Shown: positions 50,435 through 63,592 of the stretch, one piece after another | Position numbering within the stretch: position 1 is the first letter of the stretch | How the letters are laid out: the number at the start of each line of letters is the position of its first letter | Assembly: GCA_030248215.1 (NCBI GenBank) | Contig: JASANG010002574.1 | Span: 372,001 to 436,000 of the forward strand | Length of the DNA stretch: 64,000 nucleotides | Direction: 5' to 3' | DNA from: Enoplolaimus lenunculus | Taxonomy: Eukaryota | Made by a program: the position numbers and the translations under genes | Notes under the pieces: model-generated | What the model was told of the DNA's origin: nothing | Database searches by the model: none | The model's input: only the letters and a program-made list of their open reading frames with translations

Positions 50435-53400
50435 ATGATGCCTGTGAGTTCGGTAAGTACAGATTTGTGTAAAATTCTTAGATTTTGTGGCTACAGTGAA
50501 TCTCACGAATGTTGTCAACTCAGCACCAAATGTTATTGAGCGAAGGGAAACTCTGAGCGACGCTTGGAGTTTCGCGAAGCGTTTTAAGTTTTGTACTTTG
50601 GGGTCGAAAGTTTGTTGTCCGTCTGTCCGTCCTGAACCGATTTTGATAAACTTTTTTTGTTTGAAAGCCAATTATCCTGGGTCTTAACCTCGCATTGGCG
50701 TTTTAGAATTTTAAGCGGTTTATTAGCTACGTACAAAGCCTATATTAGGTCTTTCTATATTATTTCATTAATTATTACAGTTACAAGCAATCTAATTTCA
50801 GCATTAAAGGGTTTTTGGATGCAAGGAATCTGAATAGACTGTTTACAAACCTCCAAGACCGATAATTGAGTAGTTAAATAATAGATAGATCGCATATTAG
50901 CATAGTTTATAAGCTTAAATGAGACTTTTTACAATATTTCCCTAGTTATTAAGGTTATCAGCAATCTAATTTCAGCACTAAAGGGTTTTTAGGTGCGTAG
51001 AATTTGAATAAATTACTCACAAACCTCCAAAACCGATAATTTAATAGTTAGCTAATAACTAACTTGCATATTACCTTAATAGCGTACGTGTGTTCGAGCT
51101 TCGCTCAATAAATCTAGTCCCATAAGACTGGTATATTTTTTGTTTCGTGTACGTATTACGTATTACAGACGCAACCGGAATTACTATTTACCGGAACCGC
51201 GACCGGAATCAGAAAAAATTACCGGAAATAGAACCGGAACCGGAATTTGAAAAATACATGCCACCGAAAAATTTATTTTAATTTTCCTTTTTGCGATATT
51301 TTTTGTGAAATAACCCTAGTTGAAGATAGGTATTCACTTTAACTGCTGTATATTTTATATTTTTATTATCCACGGAAGTCAAATCTACCTTCCATGGTTT
51401 ATTATATATACTATACTAATGAAATTGTTTAATTTTTATCGTAATTTTTTAGTAAATATCTTAATTTCCACCGACCAAATTTTAATACCGATAAAAATTA
51501 ACCGCAATCGGAACCGGATTACGTTCTATACATTGTCACATGGTGCAATCGGAATTAGAATTTACCGGAGCCGGAACCAAATTTTAACTGGAGCCGGAAC
51601 CAGAAGGTGAAAAAATGCCGGAACCGGAATTCCGCTGCACCCTGATTGTTTGGGATAAAGGGTAGGCATGTCTATTGTATGCCTATATATAAATGTTGGT
51701 TATGCTGCCATGTGATTATTCTGCAACTATTCCAAATATTTCAGAAATTCACTCCCGATCCAGATAAGATGACCAAGATTTTTGTTGGTGGATTGTCTTT
51801 AGATACAACTGAAGATACATTTCGCGAGTTTTACTCAACTTATGGCAACATCACAGGTAGGAAGGGGGTAATTTTCAAATGAACTAGAAAGACACAGCCG
51901 GGATGCCACTGGGCAGTTTTCACCTTAGAGTTCAGGCAGCAGTACGTAGCTGCATTTCGCAGGAAGCAGGAACACGAACAATTGATGTGTTCCCAGTACA
52001 AATTTCTGTTTTGTACGTATTGGTTTGAAAAAATGATTCGATCACTGTTCGTTCAACTGGAATTCGTCCTGAAATTCAATTCCTGCTCCTGTTACGGCGG
52101 TGAAAGGCGCAGGAACCGAAATTTTTACGGTTTTATAACAAATTAGGAATAATGAGTTTCACAAGTTATGTTCATTTACAGATTCAGCATTTTTTGAAGA
52201 ATTTGACAACATACGCAAAACAGTCGATGAACAACATATTTTATTTTTAACTATATTCAGTTTAGCAGGAATTCGGTAGTGCAATACTAGATTCATAATT
52301 CCTGTTCCGGTGAAAAAATGAATTCCTGTTCCTGATTCCTGTTAATCTGAAATACAGTTCCTGATAGAACCCTGCCTAACTGGGTGTGTAAAACTACTAT
52401 GTATGAAAATACTTCTCGAGCGAGAAGCTATATACATACACGTCAATTTACATCTCGTTTCTATGTCATAGATGGGGATCTAGACCAGGATACTACCGGA
52501 GGATACTAATTTAAGAAAGACCAGGACCGGAGCTGGATAGTGCATAGTATAAAGCACATGTAAACATTTATAACACAACACACGTATGACAAAATAAACA
52601 ATGTAGAAGTATATAATTCAACCGAAGTCAATTAGGTCTATTTTTGAAGTTTTTAATTAATACATCCGGCAAGTTAGAATACCTGAACCGGATGTTAATT
52701 TTTTGCCTGAGCCGGATGTCGATTTTTGCTGATGCCGGAGCCGGATATCCGGTCGCACTCTGTGTGGTATATATACCTACTTCTTTTTCAGACATTGTTA
52801 TTATGCGCGATGCAGAGACGCAACGTTCTCGCGGGTTCGGTTTCGTAACATTTGGCGATCCACAATCAGTTGACGCTGCAATGGGTAGTCGCCCGCATAC
52901 AATCGACGGGAAACAAGTCGATCCGAAACGAGCCATGCCGAGAGAGGTTACTTTAACTTAAAACACAAATACGAATCAAATAACAGACTGTATTAATGTC
53001 CTTTAGGTTTTTAGTGTATTCGGGGTTCCAACAGGAACTAAGTCTTCAGGTTTCAATAAGAACTAAACTTTGCCGAAACATGAGCGGCAACAGGGATTGA
53101 ATTTCTTTGCAGATATATCAGTGTGCAATCGGAATTACAATTTTCCGGAACCGGAATTGAAAAAATGACCAAAAACGGAACCGGAACCGGAAAATGAAAA
53201 ATACTTGCCGCCGAAAAATTCATTTTAATTTTATTTTTTGCAATATTTCTGAAATAACCCTAGTTGGAGATAGGTATTCACTTTATCTGCTGTATTTTAG
53301 ATTTTTATAATCCACGGAAGCGAAATGTTATTGTCAAGGTGTGCATATATACTATATAATAATGAAATCTACTTAATTTTTATCGACATTTTATAGCAAA

Positions 53401-56400
53401 ATATCTTAGTTTCACCAAATTTTAATCCCGGAATTTATCTGCTGTATTTTAGATTTTTATAATCCACGGAAGCGAAATGTTATTGTCAAGGTGTGCATAT
53501 ATACTATATATAATAATGAAATCTACTTAATTTTTATCGACATTTTATAGCAAAATATCTTAGTTTCACCAAATTTTAATCCCGGAATTTTTAATCCCGG
53601 TAAAAATTTACCGTATTAGAAAGGATGAAAATTATCGGAACCGGAATTCCGGGTGCACTCTGATATATATATTATTATATATATATATTATATATATAAT
53701 ATATAATATAATATATATATTATATATATACATATATATATATATCAGGGTTCAACCGGAATTTCTGTTCCGGCTGCAATTCCTGCAAAAATTCAATTCC
53801 TGTTCTGCATTCAATGATGCAGGAACCGGAATTCTTACGGTTTTGAGGTAAATGGTCCGTAAACAACATTAAAACATTGGAAACTTTGTCATTAAAAATT
53901 GTTATTTCGACTTGAGTATTTTTGCAGTTACATCAGTTTTGTTAATAAATAAACTGTTTCTGATGTGTTTTCGCAAAACTTGATGATTAAGCCATTTTTT
54001 GGCATGAACTATATAAGTATTGATATTCGTTTTGTTTTCAGCTCTCTGGGTCTGCCGAAGCTAATATCCAAGTGAAGAAGCTTTATATTGGTGGAATTCA
54101 AGAAGATCATACTGAGGATATTTTAAGGGATCATTTTTCACAGTATGGCGAGGTATGTAATGCTACAGCATTTGTATTGAAGTCAGGATTCAACCGCAGA
54201 TATATTATAATTCCGGTTGCAATTTTTTAATTCCGTCTCTTCACTGTCCAGTTCCGGTGTTTTCAAGCAGTATATATATAAGTGTGAAACGCCTTGTGCT
54301 TGTAGTGATATTTTATGCCAATTTTACCGTGATGGTCTGTAAAATCCGGTATTAATCTCTTCCCTGTCCTGTTTCCAGTATTTTTGAAATTTCCATCCTG
54401 ATTGATGTTCATGCGTTTTTCCGCATTTTTTGCAAAGAATCCGGTCTGGTGTTTGATTATATGATCAATACAATAAGCAATGCTGCAATACATATGCTAA
54501 ATGTTTTGGCTCTACATCTTCGCTTGGTCGGTCGGTAATATACGAGCTTTTCTTTTTTAGTTTGTATGCAGCAAAATTAGTATATAAGTATATTATATTC
54601 GTAATTACAAATAAGGCTGGAGAATCTAGCACTGCTAAATTCCTTTTTTTGTAATTAATAAAGCGCCAGTTCGTTAATTACTTACGTTCTTATCTCATAC
54701 TGCACTGCATATAACTTTATAATTTGCTCTGTTTCTCTATATTGCTCACTCTAGGTAACTGAAGTAAATTTGGTATCTGATAAAGAAACTGGTAAAAGGC
54801 GAGGATTTGGCTTCGTAACGTTTACCGACTTTGATCCAGTAGACAAATGTCGGTGTAGGTAGTTTTCAATCATACTGTGGACAGAATTTTTTCGCGGCAA
54901 GTTGATTTGGCGCCTACGATGTTGCTATTTGTGGAAACAAACACTATTTGCTTTATACAAGCGCCAGTTTATTTTGTGTCTTGAGTATCATGAAAAACAC
55001 CATCTATCTTCAATTGTTCGTTCTTACTTAGTGCGTAAGCTCTGCTTGAAATTTTGAAATCCATGATCACACACGATGGTAAACTGGTTGATGTATAAAG
55101 CACGACAGGTGCAATCAGGTTTAGTAGCTTGTTCTGGTTATTTGGTAGGTTGGTTTTGAATTAATTATTCGTTTTATTTTTTCAATTCCGGTGAATATAT
55201 TAGTAAAACATCAGAATTGCTATTAAAACAAGAATTTCTTGATGGTCCCTATTGCTATAGTAGTATAGTAGACTTTTGGGATCGACATTTAAACGACACG
55301 CAGAGCCCTGTTATGAACTTGGGAAGAATGTTATTGTCTGTGGTTGCACCTGTCAACACTGACTTGATTAAATGTTATAGGTCATAAAGCGTAGTTAAGA
55401 CGTTACAATTTGCTTGATAGGTAGATTATAGGTAATGTTGATTTGGCGCGTACACTCATAGTATAGTCAGTGCAGTGCAATAGTTTGTAAGTACCTAGCG
55501 GATACGTACATGCTACATAGAATACGAAAATATGGGTAGGTGTTGACCAATAACAAAATAAATATAATTTTTGCATTAATATATTTAGAAACATATACTT
55601 TTAGTGATACAGCAACATAATATTGGCGGCCACACGTGTGAAGTCAAGAAAGCAATGTCGCGACAAGAAGAACAAGCGGCTGCGCAACGCGTCCGCGATC
55701 GAGATTCGCGCGAAGGGAGGCGTGGAGGAGGCCCGCGTGGAGGTCGGGGTGGTATGAGGGGCGGCGGAGGGTTCGATGGAGGCTGGGGTGGCGGGGGCGG
55801 CTATGGTTTTGGAGGAGGTCCACCGCCTATGATGGGCGGGGGTGGTAACGGCTACTATGATGGAGGAGGATTTGGTGGTGGCGGTTGGGGTAACGATGGT
55901 GGCGCTGGTAGAGGAGGTCGTGGCGGTGGCCGAGGAGCTGGTATGAGGGGAGCGCCAGGTGGCAGAGGTGGTGGACGTGGTGGCGGCGGAAGAGGAGGTC
56001 GTGGTGGCGGCGGAAGAGGACGAGGAGGTATGTAACAAACTATACTAGATCGATATGTAGTAATATTTATTCGTATTCACAGAAAATTGTAGTCGACAGA
56101 TAAAATTTACGTGGATTGTTCTACATGTACTGCACTAACTTATCAGCTAAAAATATGGCAGCATTCTCCAGCTCATAGGTATATACTGTAGCACCGCTTT
56201 TATATTTCCCATAGCAAAGTTTTCCTAAAGGGCTTTGCAAATAAACCCAACAGAAATAAAAGACATGCTGTGGCTGCGTTCCCTGTTAAGTCAAGCAGCT
56301 TATAAGCTTATGACACTGTAGTGAAATGAAAAATTCAAATTAACAATAGTTGTAAATCAGTGAACATATTATCCGTGGTTGATGCTTAATGAGCTTACTA

Positions 56401-59188
56401 ACAATTAGCTTGTAGTTAGCTTAATATGACTGTTGCAAAATTACGGTTAAAAAACTATTAAACATCACATGGAATTGTAATTTCTCTCGCTTTTTCACTT
56501 TAAACGCATACCGGCAGCGAGCCGTGCGTTTGAGAGATAAGATGATTTTGTTACTACAAAAATATGCTGCGGTATCTCGAGAGTGGCGCCCATGACACAT
56601 TGCTCACTGAAACGATGTTTTTCATTTCAGGTGGTAGTTATGGTGGAGGCTCTGGTTATGGAGAATCTCAAGCGGGCGGTGCGGCGGCAGGATATGATGC
56701 GTCGGCTGCTTGGGGTGGCGCTGCAGCTGGTATGGCACTTATACAAACTTTTGCCAAAAAATGCCGGAGCCGGATAGTTTAATATCCGACCGGAGCAGAA
56801 TAATTAATCCAAATCTAATACTACATAGCAGGTGGAACCGGAATTCCGATTACGATTAGAATTCTGATTCAAAACGAGTTTCGTTTGCACAATCAATCGA
56901 ATCGGAATTTTGAAGTTCTGTATCATTATCTATTAAACTGATTTCGATACGTTAACTTATCAATAATTGATTGTAGTTTACGTTTACAGAACCAAAAAAT
57001 CATCACCAATATGTTCATGCGACGTTTTTGAAAATTGTTGCCAGCTAACAGACACTCAAATCAATATTATATTTGTTAATCCAGTTGTGCTTTGCACCGG
57101 TTCAAATATCAGAACATAGCTAACCATTCTTTTTTTGCACGGCCTAGGGTACTTACCGTGTTTACGTGACAAAGCTTAATATCTCACGCCAATACGCTCT
57201 AATACTTCACGGTCCTATTTTACTATTTTTGTGTAGCGTTGTGTTCAGTTGTAATATTTGTGTGGCCTATGTTGCTTTTAAGGGTGCACAGGTTTCAATA
57301 GGTACTATAAAACAAGGGGCTTAGTTTTAAGGCTATTATTTTCGCTTAAGCTTAGGCTTAGGCAGAAAAACATGTAAAAGTAAATCACTCAGTTCCATGA
57401 CAGCTGGTATAAATACAAATGATTTCAATTTTTTTGAAATATTTAAAAACATCCGCCACCGTAAGATATCGGAGCCGTACGGTTTCTTCAATACCTGGAT
57501 GCGATTACGTTTCGAAGGCTCAGAAAGTTTAAGTTTTGATAGGTTTTATCTATTTTTAAATTATGTTAGCGAGCGAGACGTAAACACATTTTTTATTTAA
57601 TATATAATTTCAGTTTATCAGCAGCAACAGTGAATTTTATAACAGACGAAAACCTTGAACACGCTAAAAATACAACGAAAAATAAATTATTTTAACATAT
57701 GCAATATCCGGTTTCTACGCGGTAAACGTTGTATTGTAGGCAATTACGGCGCTGAAAGTTACGCGGCCAGCTATGGCGGACAACAACAAATGCAGCAAGC
57801 TGCCGGTGGCTACGGAGCAGGTTACGACGCAACAGCGGGCGCTTATGCGCAACAATCCACTGTTAGCTCGACTGATCCATATGCTGCATACCAACAGCAG
57901 TATCAAATGCAGTCGCAGCAGGCGGCAGGTGGTAGGTTACCATACGTAGTCATTGCTTCTGTATTAGCACAATTTATTTGAGTTACGGTCTGACAGGACA
58001 CCAAAAATACCGGAGCCCGAGCGATAACTGGATATTTCAGTTTTCAATATCAGTTTTAGTAAAGTTACGGCGCTGATATTGAAATACATATTTCGACAAA
58101 AAATTAAATTTAAGTACGCTTTATTTATGATTTTGGTTTTGCAAAGGTCTTACAATGTCACTGTGAAATGTGAGTTTAGTCGCACATATGCAATATATAG
58201 TTTCGTTATACGCATTTTGATCCTGTTCCGGTATCCAATATAAACTTATCGGATACCGGATATTTGTGGTTGTGGTTCCAAATATCATAAAACTGTTTTT
58301 TGCACGTCAAAATACTAGCGAGCGACTCAAAAGCAACGTTTTAAATTGTTTCTGTTCTGGAAATAACTCTTCTCTTGAACAACAATTTCCTCGTTAAGTT
58401 CAAAATTTTCTTGTAATGTTGCAGAAAACCATATCTCTTGAAGTTCATGTTGAAAACAAATTTACTACGGCTACTAATTTATTTCTAAAATTCGATCGTT
58501 AATCATTTCTTATTTCCATCTTTAGCTTTACATTTCCACAAATATATTGCTTTGGAAATTACAAAAATGTCTGGAGTCGTTGCAAATTGTACGTAATTAA
58601 TCCGTTTACACTAGCTTTATATTGGATTTCGGAACATAAACTACGATGCCAATGTCTCCCCGTATAATATTAATAATCCGTATATTCGGTCGCTTCCTGG
58701 TAAGCAAATGGGCGGTGTAACTTTTAAGATGCGGTTTATTACAACCATTAACCAGTTGTTTAGGACAGTGGAACCAACAATATGCTGCTGGAGCAGGACA
58801 GCAAGCTCAGTATGCGGCAGGTGGTCAAGCTGCCGGAGCGTGGCAACAACAACAACAAGGTAAAATGTTTGTCAGAAAGTTGGGTAGGAAAATTTGGAAA
58901 ATGGCCATTTGTAGAGGGCGCCATTCCGGCCGCCCACTAGGAAAAATCCAGCTATATACATAAACACTTGAGTCCCCTATTTCTGCTTTCCCCCATAAAA
59001 TTTAGCGCACCCCATCCAGTTAATTTTGCGCGATCGATCCTTTGATTGATGGTTGAAACACCGTGTTTTGATACCAGTTTAAGATCGCTAAGTAATTATT
59101 CATTTTATATCTTTAAAAGGATGTGTTTCCGAGAAGCGCATTTCACGCGCGTGTCTTTTTCAAACTTGTAATTTTTGCAGGGTGGTAG
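50435..59188 (+). CDS. hnRNP A/B family RNA-binding protein (2 RRM + RGG box + Gly/Gln/Tyr/Ala-rich tail), ~437 aa, 10 coding exons
   Basis: Exons 50435-50452, 51745-51856, 52792-52946, 54042-54152, 54755-54854, 55605-56027, 56631-56729, 57740-57931, 58764-58859 and 59181-59188; GT-AG, total 1314 nt in frame. RNP2 IFVGGL and LYIGGI, RNP1 RGFGFVTF twice, and [19 protein letters not shown]. The first and last micro-exons are less certain than the RRM exons. Confidence 0.9.
50533..51118 (+). mobile_element. Non-autonomous Helitron/Helentron-like (DINE-1/HINE-like) element in hnRNP intron 1
   Basis: 13-bp inverted repeat TTATTGAGCGAAG (50533) / CTTCGCTCAATAA (51099); internal GTCC/GTCT micro-repeat; internal ~174-bp tandem duplication; small GAGCTTCGCTC hairpin followed by CTAGT at 51114-51118. 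Confidence 0.55.
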
Positions 59189-61572
59189 AAACGCTTTCAA
59201 AGCAGGATTGCGGGCTACAGAAAGTGAATGAAGTAAGTTGGAACCAGATTTAATATGCTGGATGGATAGTACGTATCGAATGCAATTTGAGACAAATTTT
59301 GACTTAGACAATAATCATTTTGTAACATAACGAAATTTCATGTATCTGCGACTTTTTTTGCAAATATGTACCAGTGCCTGATACCGTCGTATTTTAAATT
59401 AAACCCGAAAGGCTTGACTAAAATGTCTGGGGTAAACTCTGGGGTAAACTCACTTAGTTAAAACTGTTTGGCAGATTCGGGTCATTGGGGTTTAAAGGGC
59501 CATAGCCATGGGTTAGCTATAATGTCGAAACAGCTTCGCATAACGTGTGATGCAGCACTAATTGTACTTTTAGGAATTCCCGTTGTGATCTTACAATGCC
59601 AAGAGAGTCTCACATTGTGTAATTGTTATCGGCCAGTTCAAATTATCAGTCGGTTTACTGTCGGAACACTATCTTATATTCGGTCAGAAGAAGTTCAGGC
59701 TATTCGGGCCTTGTATTATCGGAGATAATGGCCTTTCGGCTCTTTCAAGCTGATATCAGGAAATTCTGAGTCAGCTCAAATACCTATTACGCTACGCTTA
59801 GCCAAAAACAACAGAACAATCTGCAGCAGTTTGAAACATTACTAATATATCAACAAGCTGTTATAGTATGCATTGTGATGACTTTTCGGCCTTCGAATGA
59901 TTTACATCAATGCTACAACGTCTGAATACATTAATTGAGCACCTATTAATTTAGTCTGTCTGTCTTAGACACACGCTGTGTTGGGACTACTCTGAGGTTG
60001 TTTTTGTAACGGGAGTACTTCATTCACGGTCTGTGCAGCCCACCTTGTTTGTCTTATCATATGTATATACGTAAAACAATATTTTTTGACAATGGTTTGA
60101 GTATAATGTCATGTTTTTTCCTATGTGTGATGTAGCTATTATAATGATTTGGCTACATCGTCCTTGGTTGTGTTCGAGTTTTACAGATATTTACATTACA
60201 CTCAGTAGGCGACCGGATGTCAACTTACCGGAACTGGGATGTAAAGTGAATAAAGAAACCAGATATATCTAAGTTTGTGAACTCAAAAGCATACGTAGTT
60301 TAACCTTTAATTACGTTTACTGACTTGAAATTAATTATTGTACTAGCCTGGATATTTTTAGTTTATTTCAGTACGAAAAACTATCAGTTTTTACAAATAT
60401 TAAAATGGAATGGGATATCCGGTCGCACCCTAATATTGTTTACAAAGTACACATTTTTGTCTTAAGCTAAACATTTTTCCGGTGCTGTAATGAGGATTTT
60501 ATAGCGAGGTTTTTAAGCGGAAGCGTTTCACACGTATTTATAGCATCGTTTACGCCAGTACAGCGGCTGAAGGATGTATCTATGCCAGCTGACATGTTGT
60601 GACATAGCCCCCATTGTATCATCATTTTATCGCCGTAACAAATAATTGAAAAAACTTCAAACTTGTTTTCTTTTCGAGAACAAGTTGCTAACCCTAAACA
60701 ATACGTTTAAACTATATTCATAAGCCTAAGTGGGAATAAGGAGATTTTCAGTCTAAATTTGGCCAAGGCGCCGCAAATCTTGCGCAGTGGATTGGTTTTG
60801 CAGTGGTCATAAGCCGTGGGGCTGATAGCTGCAGTACTGGTGATCCATGTTTGACGGGAACATAATTGCGGATTTGTATCTAATAACTACATAGCTACTA
60901 GCTATGTGTATCATTTTGATTCGTAACATACGTTAGCGACAACATTATTGACCATTCCGTTTATGTCGTTCTAATGTACTTTCGTACACACGTAACCGTT
61001 ACTAAGTGGTACGTATTTTGGATATGGAGTAAACTGATTTGATATAATTTAGTTTGTTCATTTAAAGTCTGAAATCTTTCAGTATCGAGCGTTACGCATT
61101 AATAGTGTGCTGGTCTGATTAAGGTATTCGTATTACTATATTTTTTCGGTTAAATACACACACACTACACAGATTCTGAATGTCTCGTGCAGAATATTGT
61201 GGAATATAATAGCGAAGCTTACAACCAAATAGCAGTATTATACTGTGTGTTATTTTTTGATTGTAAGCAGTGTATTCTGCAGCTACATACTAAAATCATT
61301 TAGACGTCCGACAGGATTCAACCCGAATTCCGGCAGAAAATCAATACCTGTTCCTGCAGTCAGCAGTGCATGGACCGGAATGGGCATGTGTTACGTATGT
61401 GTAAATAGACAACTGTGCCAGAACGATTTGTTTTATGTCATGTGGTACGTAAATTGTATTTATTACTTTAATGTTTTCAGTAGTTCAGTGTCGCTTTCTT
61501 CGCGATAATACCGTTTAATTTGCATTCACTTCATTCCATTTTGTTATCGTTTGGTTGGAGTCTATTGAAACA

Positions 61573-63592
61573 ATGCCGGGTGCTGAAAATGGAGTAAGCT
61601 CAGTTCTGGCATTTCGCTAGCCCAATCTCGAGTGAAGGGACTTTTTCAGAGGTGCCTTCAGGTTCAACCGGGGGTATTTGCTGAGTGGGGAGGGGGCTTT
61701 CGAGAAATACCCCCGGGTTAAACCGGAGGGGGGAGACAAAAAATGCTATTTTTTTTAATTTTTTGAGCAAAATGTTTGTTCAACAAATGAATTAGAGTTT
61801 AAGGTCTTACTTAAATGAAAAAAGTAACGTAGCACATTCACTGATGCATTGGCACCGCTCATCCGTCCCACAATTTTTAGATGAAATTGTGAACCCGGGG
61901 GGATTTTTCGAGTGGGGGGGGCTGAACCTGGGGGAATTTGCCGAGTGTGGGGGGCGACCCCCCTACCAGCGAAACGCCAGCAATTTGGGTTTTATTAAGT
62001 TAATGGCAAATTTTAAATGCTTATTTTTACACGTCATACATAGAGGGCTTGATTGTGTTGAATGGAGATGTTTTAATAAAATAGTTGTTTGTAATGTTTA
62101 AACTTGTGTTTCTGTTTCAAAAAATAATTTGGAGATTTTAGTTTGAAAATATTCTGAGTTTATATGTTTGATTGTAATGTTTACGGATGTGTGTTAGCTT
62201 TTCGTGTCAGTGGTTTATCTCATTTTATCATGTCGCATTGATTTTGACAGGATAGCTCGTTGGAACCAGAATCGCTGCGTAAGTTGTTTATTGGAGCTCT
62301 GACACCAGAAACTGATGAAGACAAATTGAAAGAATTCTATTCACAGTATGGAGAAATAACAGGTTTGCGTTTTCCTTAGTCCATTAATAAAATATTGTTT
62401 ACATATTATGTAACTTATGGTGTACAAGAAACACCTCGATGAGTGTATTATTTTAACCGAGTCTAACCGCTCATAAATTGAGCATTTATTGCTTCCAAAA
62501 TATACAAGTAGCATCAATGACAATTGTGCTTAATTCGTCTTGCTTCCCGGTTTTGTATTCGTGTTAGGCTTTTGTTTTCCGTATGACTGGAAGTCATGGC
62601 TGTTAGTACTGGGGACAGTCTGATTCGGGTTTGAGTTCTGTCTCGTCAAGCCTCGGTTTTCAGCTGATATCGGTCTAATAATGTTTGAGTCAAAGTAATT
62701 TCGGACCAAAATTAAAACTTCAGCTTTGACCAACTGAAATTGAAAATCGTCTTTTGTCTCATAGAATTTTTTTCGACTGGAGAACAAACTGGTGATAATC
62801 CACTCCATAGGCCGAAATCAGTTTTGATTTGGTTAGAAAATCTTCATTACAAAACAAACATATTATCTATGATACACAAAATTATTGAAAATCTCAATTT
62901 TGTTTTATTTTACAAAGTCAAAAAACCGTTCTCGGTTTCTCTTCGAGACCGCCAGTTCCGACTCTTTCCAAGCATTATAAACCGCGCCTGCAACCGTGTC
63001 CTTGTCTGCTAAGCTAACTCACTCGAGTACTTGCTCACACTCATAACGTTGCAGACTCAGTTATTGTCCGCGATCCTGAGACCAAGAAGCCGCGTGGATT
63101 TGGATTTATTACATACTCTACAATGGCTGCAGTTGACGAAGCGATGCGAAACCGACCGCATAATATTGACGGCAAGAAGGCAGATCCGAAACGAGCAGTT
63201 CCCAAAGAGGTAAAGCTTGTGCTGTGCTTTTGGCAGTTTTGGAAACCGCGATTCATCGTTCCAAGTTTAAGACACTACAATATTTGTATACAGTAAGATT
63301 TATCATAGTGCCAAAACATATCGCTGAGTGATGATAGGTGCTATACACATTTGAGAGTATGAGCCCAAATAAAAATGTGACATGATGTTGCATATTCAAT
63401 TTTTGTGTGTACTATTGTAATTTCGTTGTTTAAGTCCGTGCAATAATTTGTTTGCTGAGGTTTCTTTCTCATACTTTACAGAAAGCTGGTAGCGTTGAAG
63501 CGTCAATACAAGTAAAAAAGTTGTTTGTTGGTGGCATTAAAGATAACCATACTGAAGACATGCTCAAAGAATACTTTTCAGATCATGGGACG
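61573..63592 (+). CDS. hrp-1: Second hnRNP A/B family gene (HRP-1/hnRNP A1-like), 5' part; continues beyond the window
   Basis: Exons 61573-61593 (MPGAENG|GTAAGC), 62251-62362, 63055-63209 and 63482-63592. Encodes [17 protein letters not shown]...RGFGFITY...[19 protein letters not shown]...[22 protein letters not shown]. The symbol rests on remembered similarity to the C. elegans HRP-1 N-terminus (AENG...SLEPENLRK); orthology is untested. Confidence 0.88.

Noticed and set aside
55601..56038. Antisense Ser/Thr/Ala-rich 145-aa ORF
   Set aside because: It is the shadow of the Gly-rich sense exon of the hnRNP gene.
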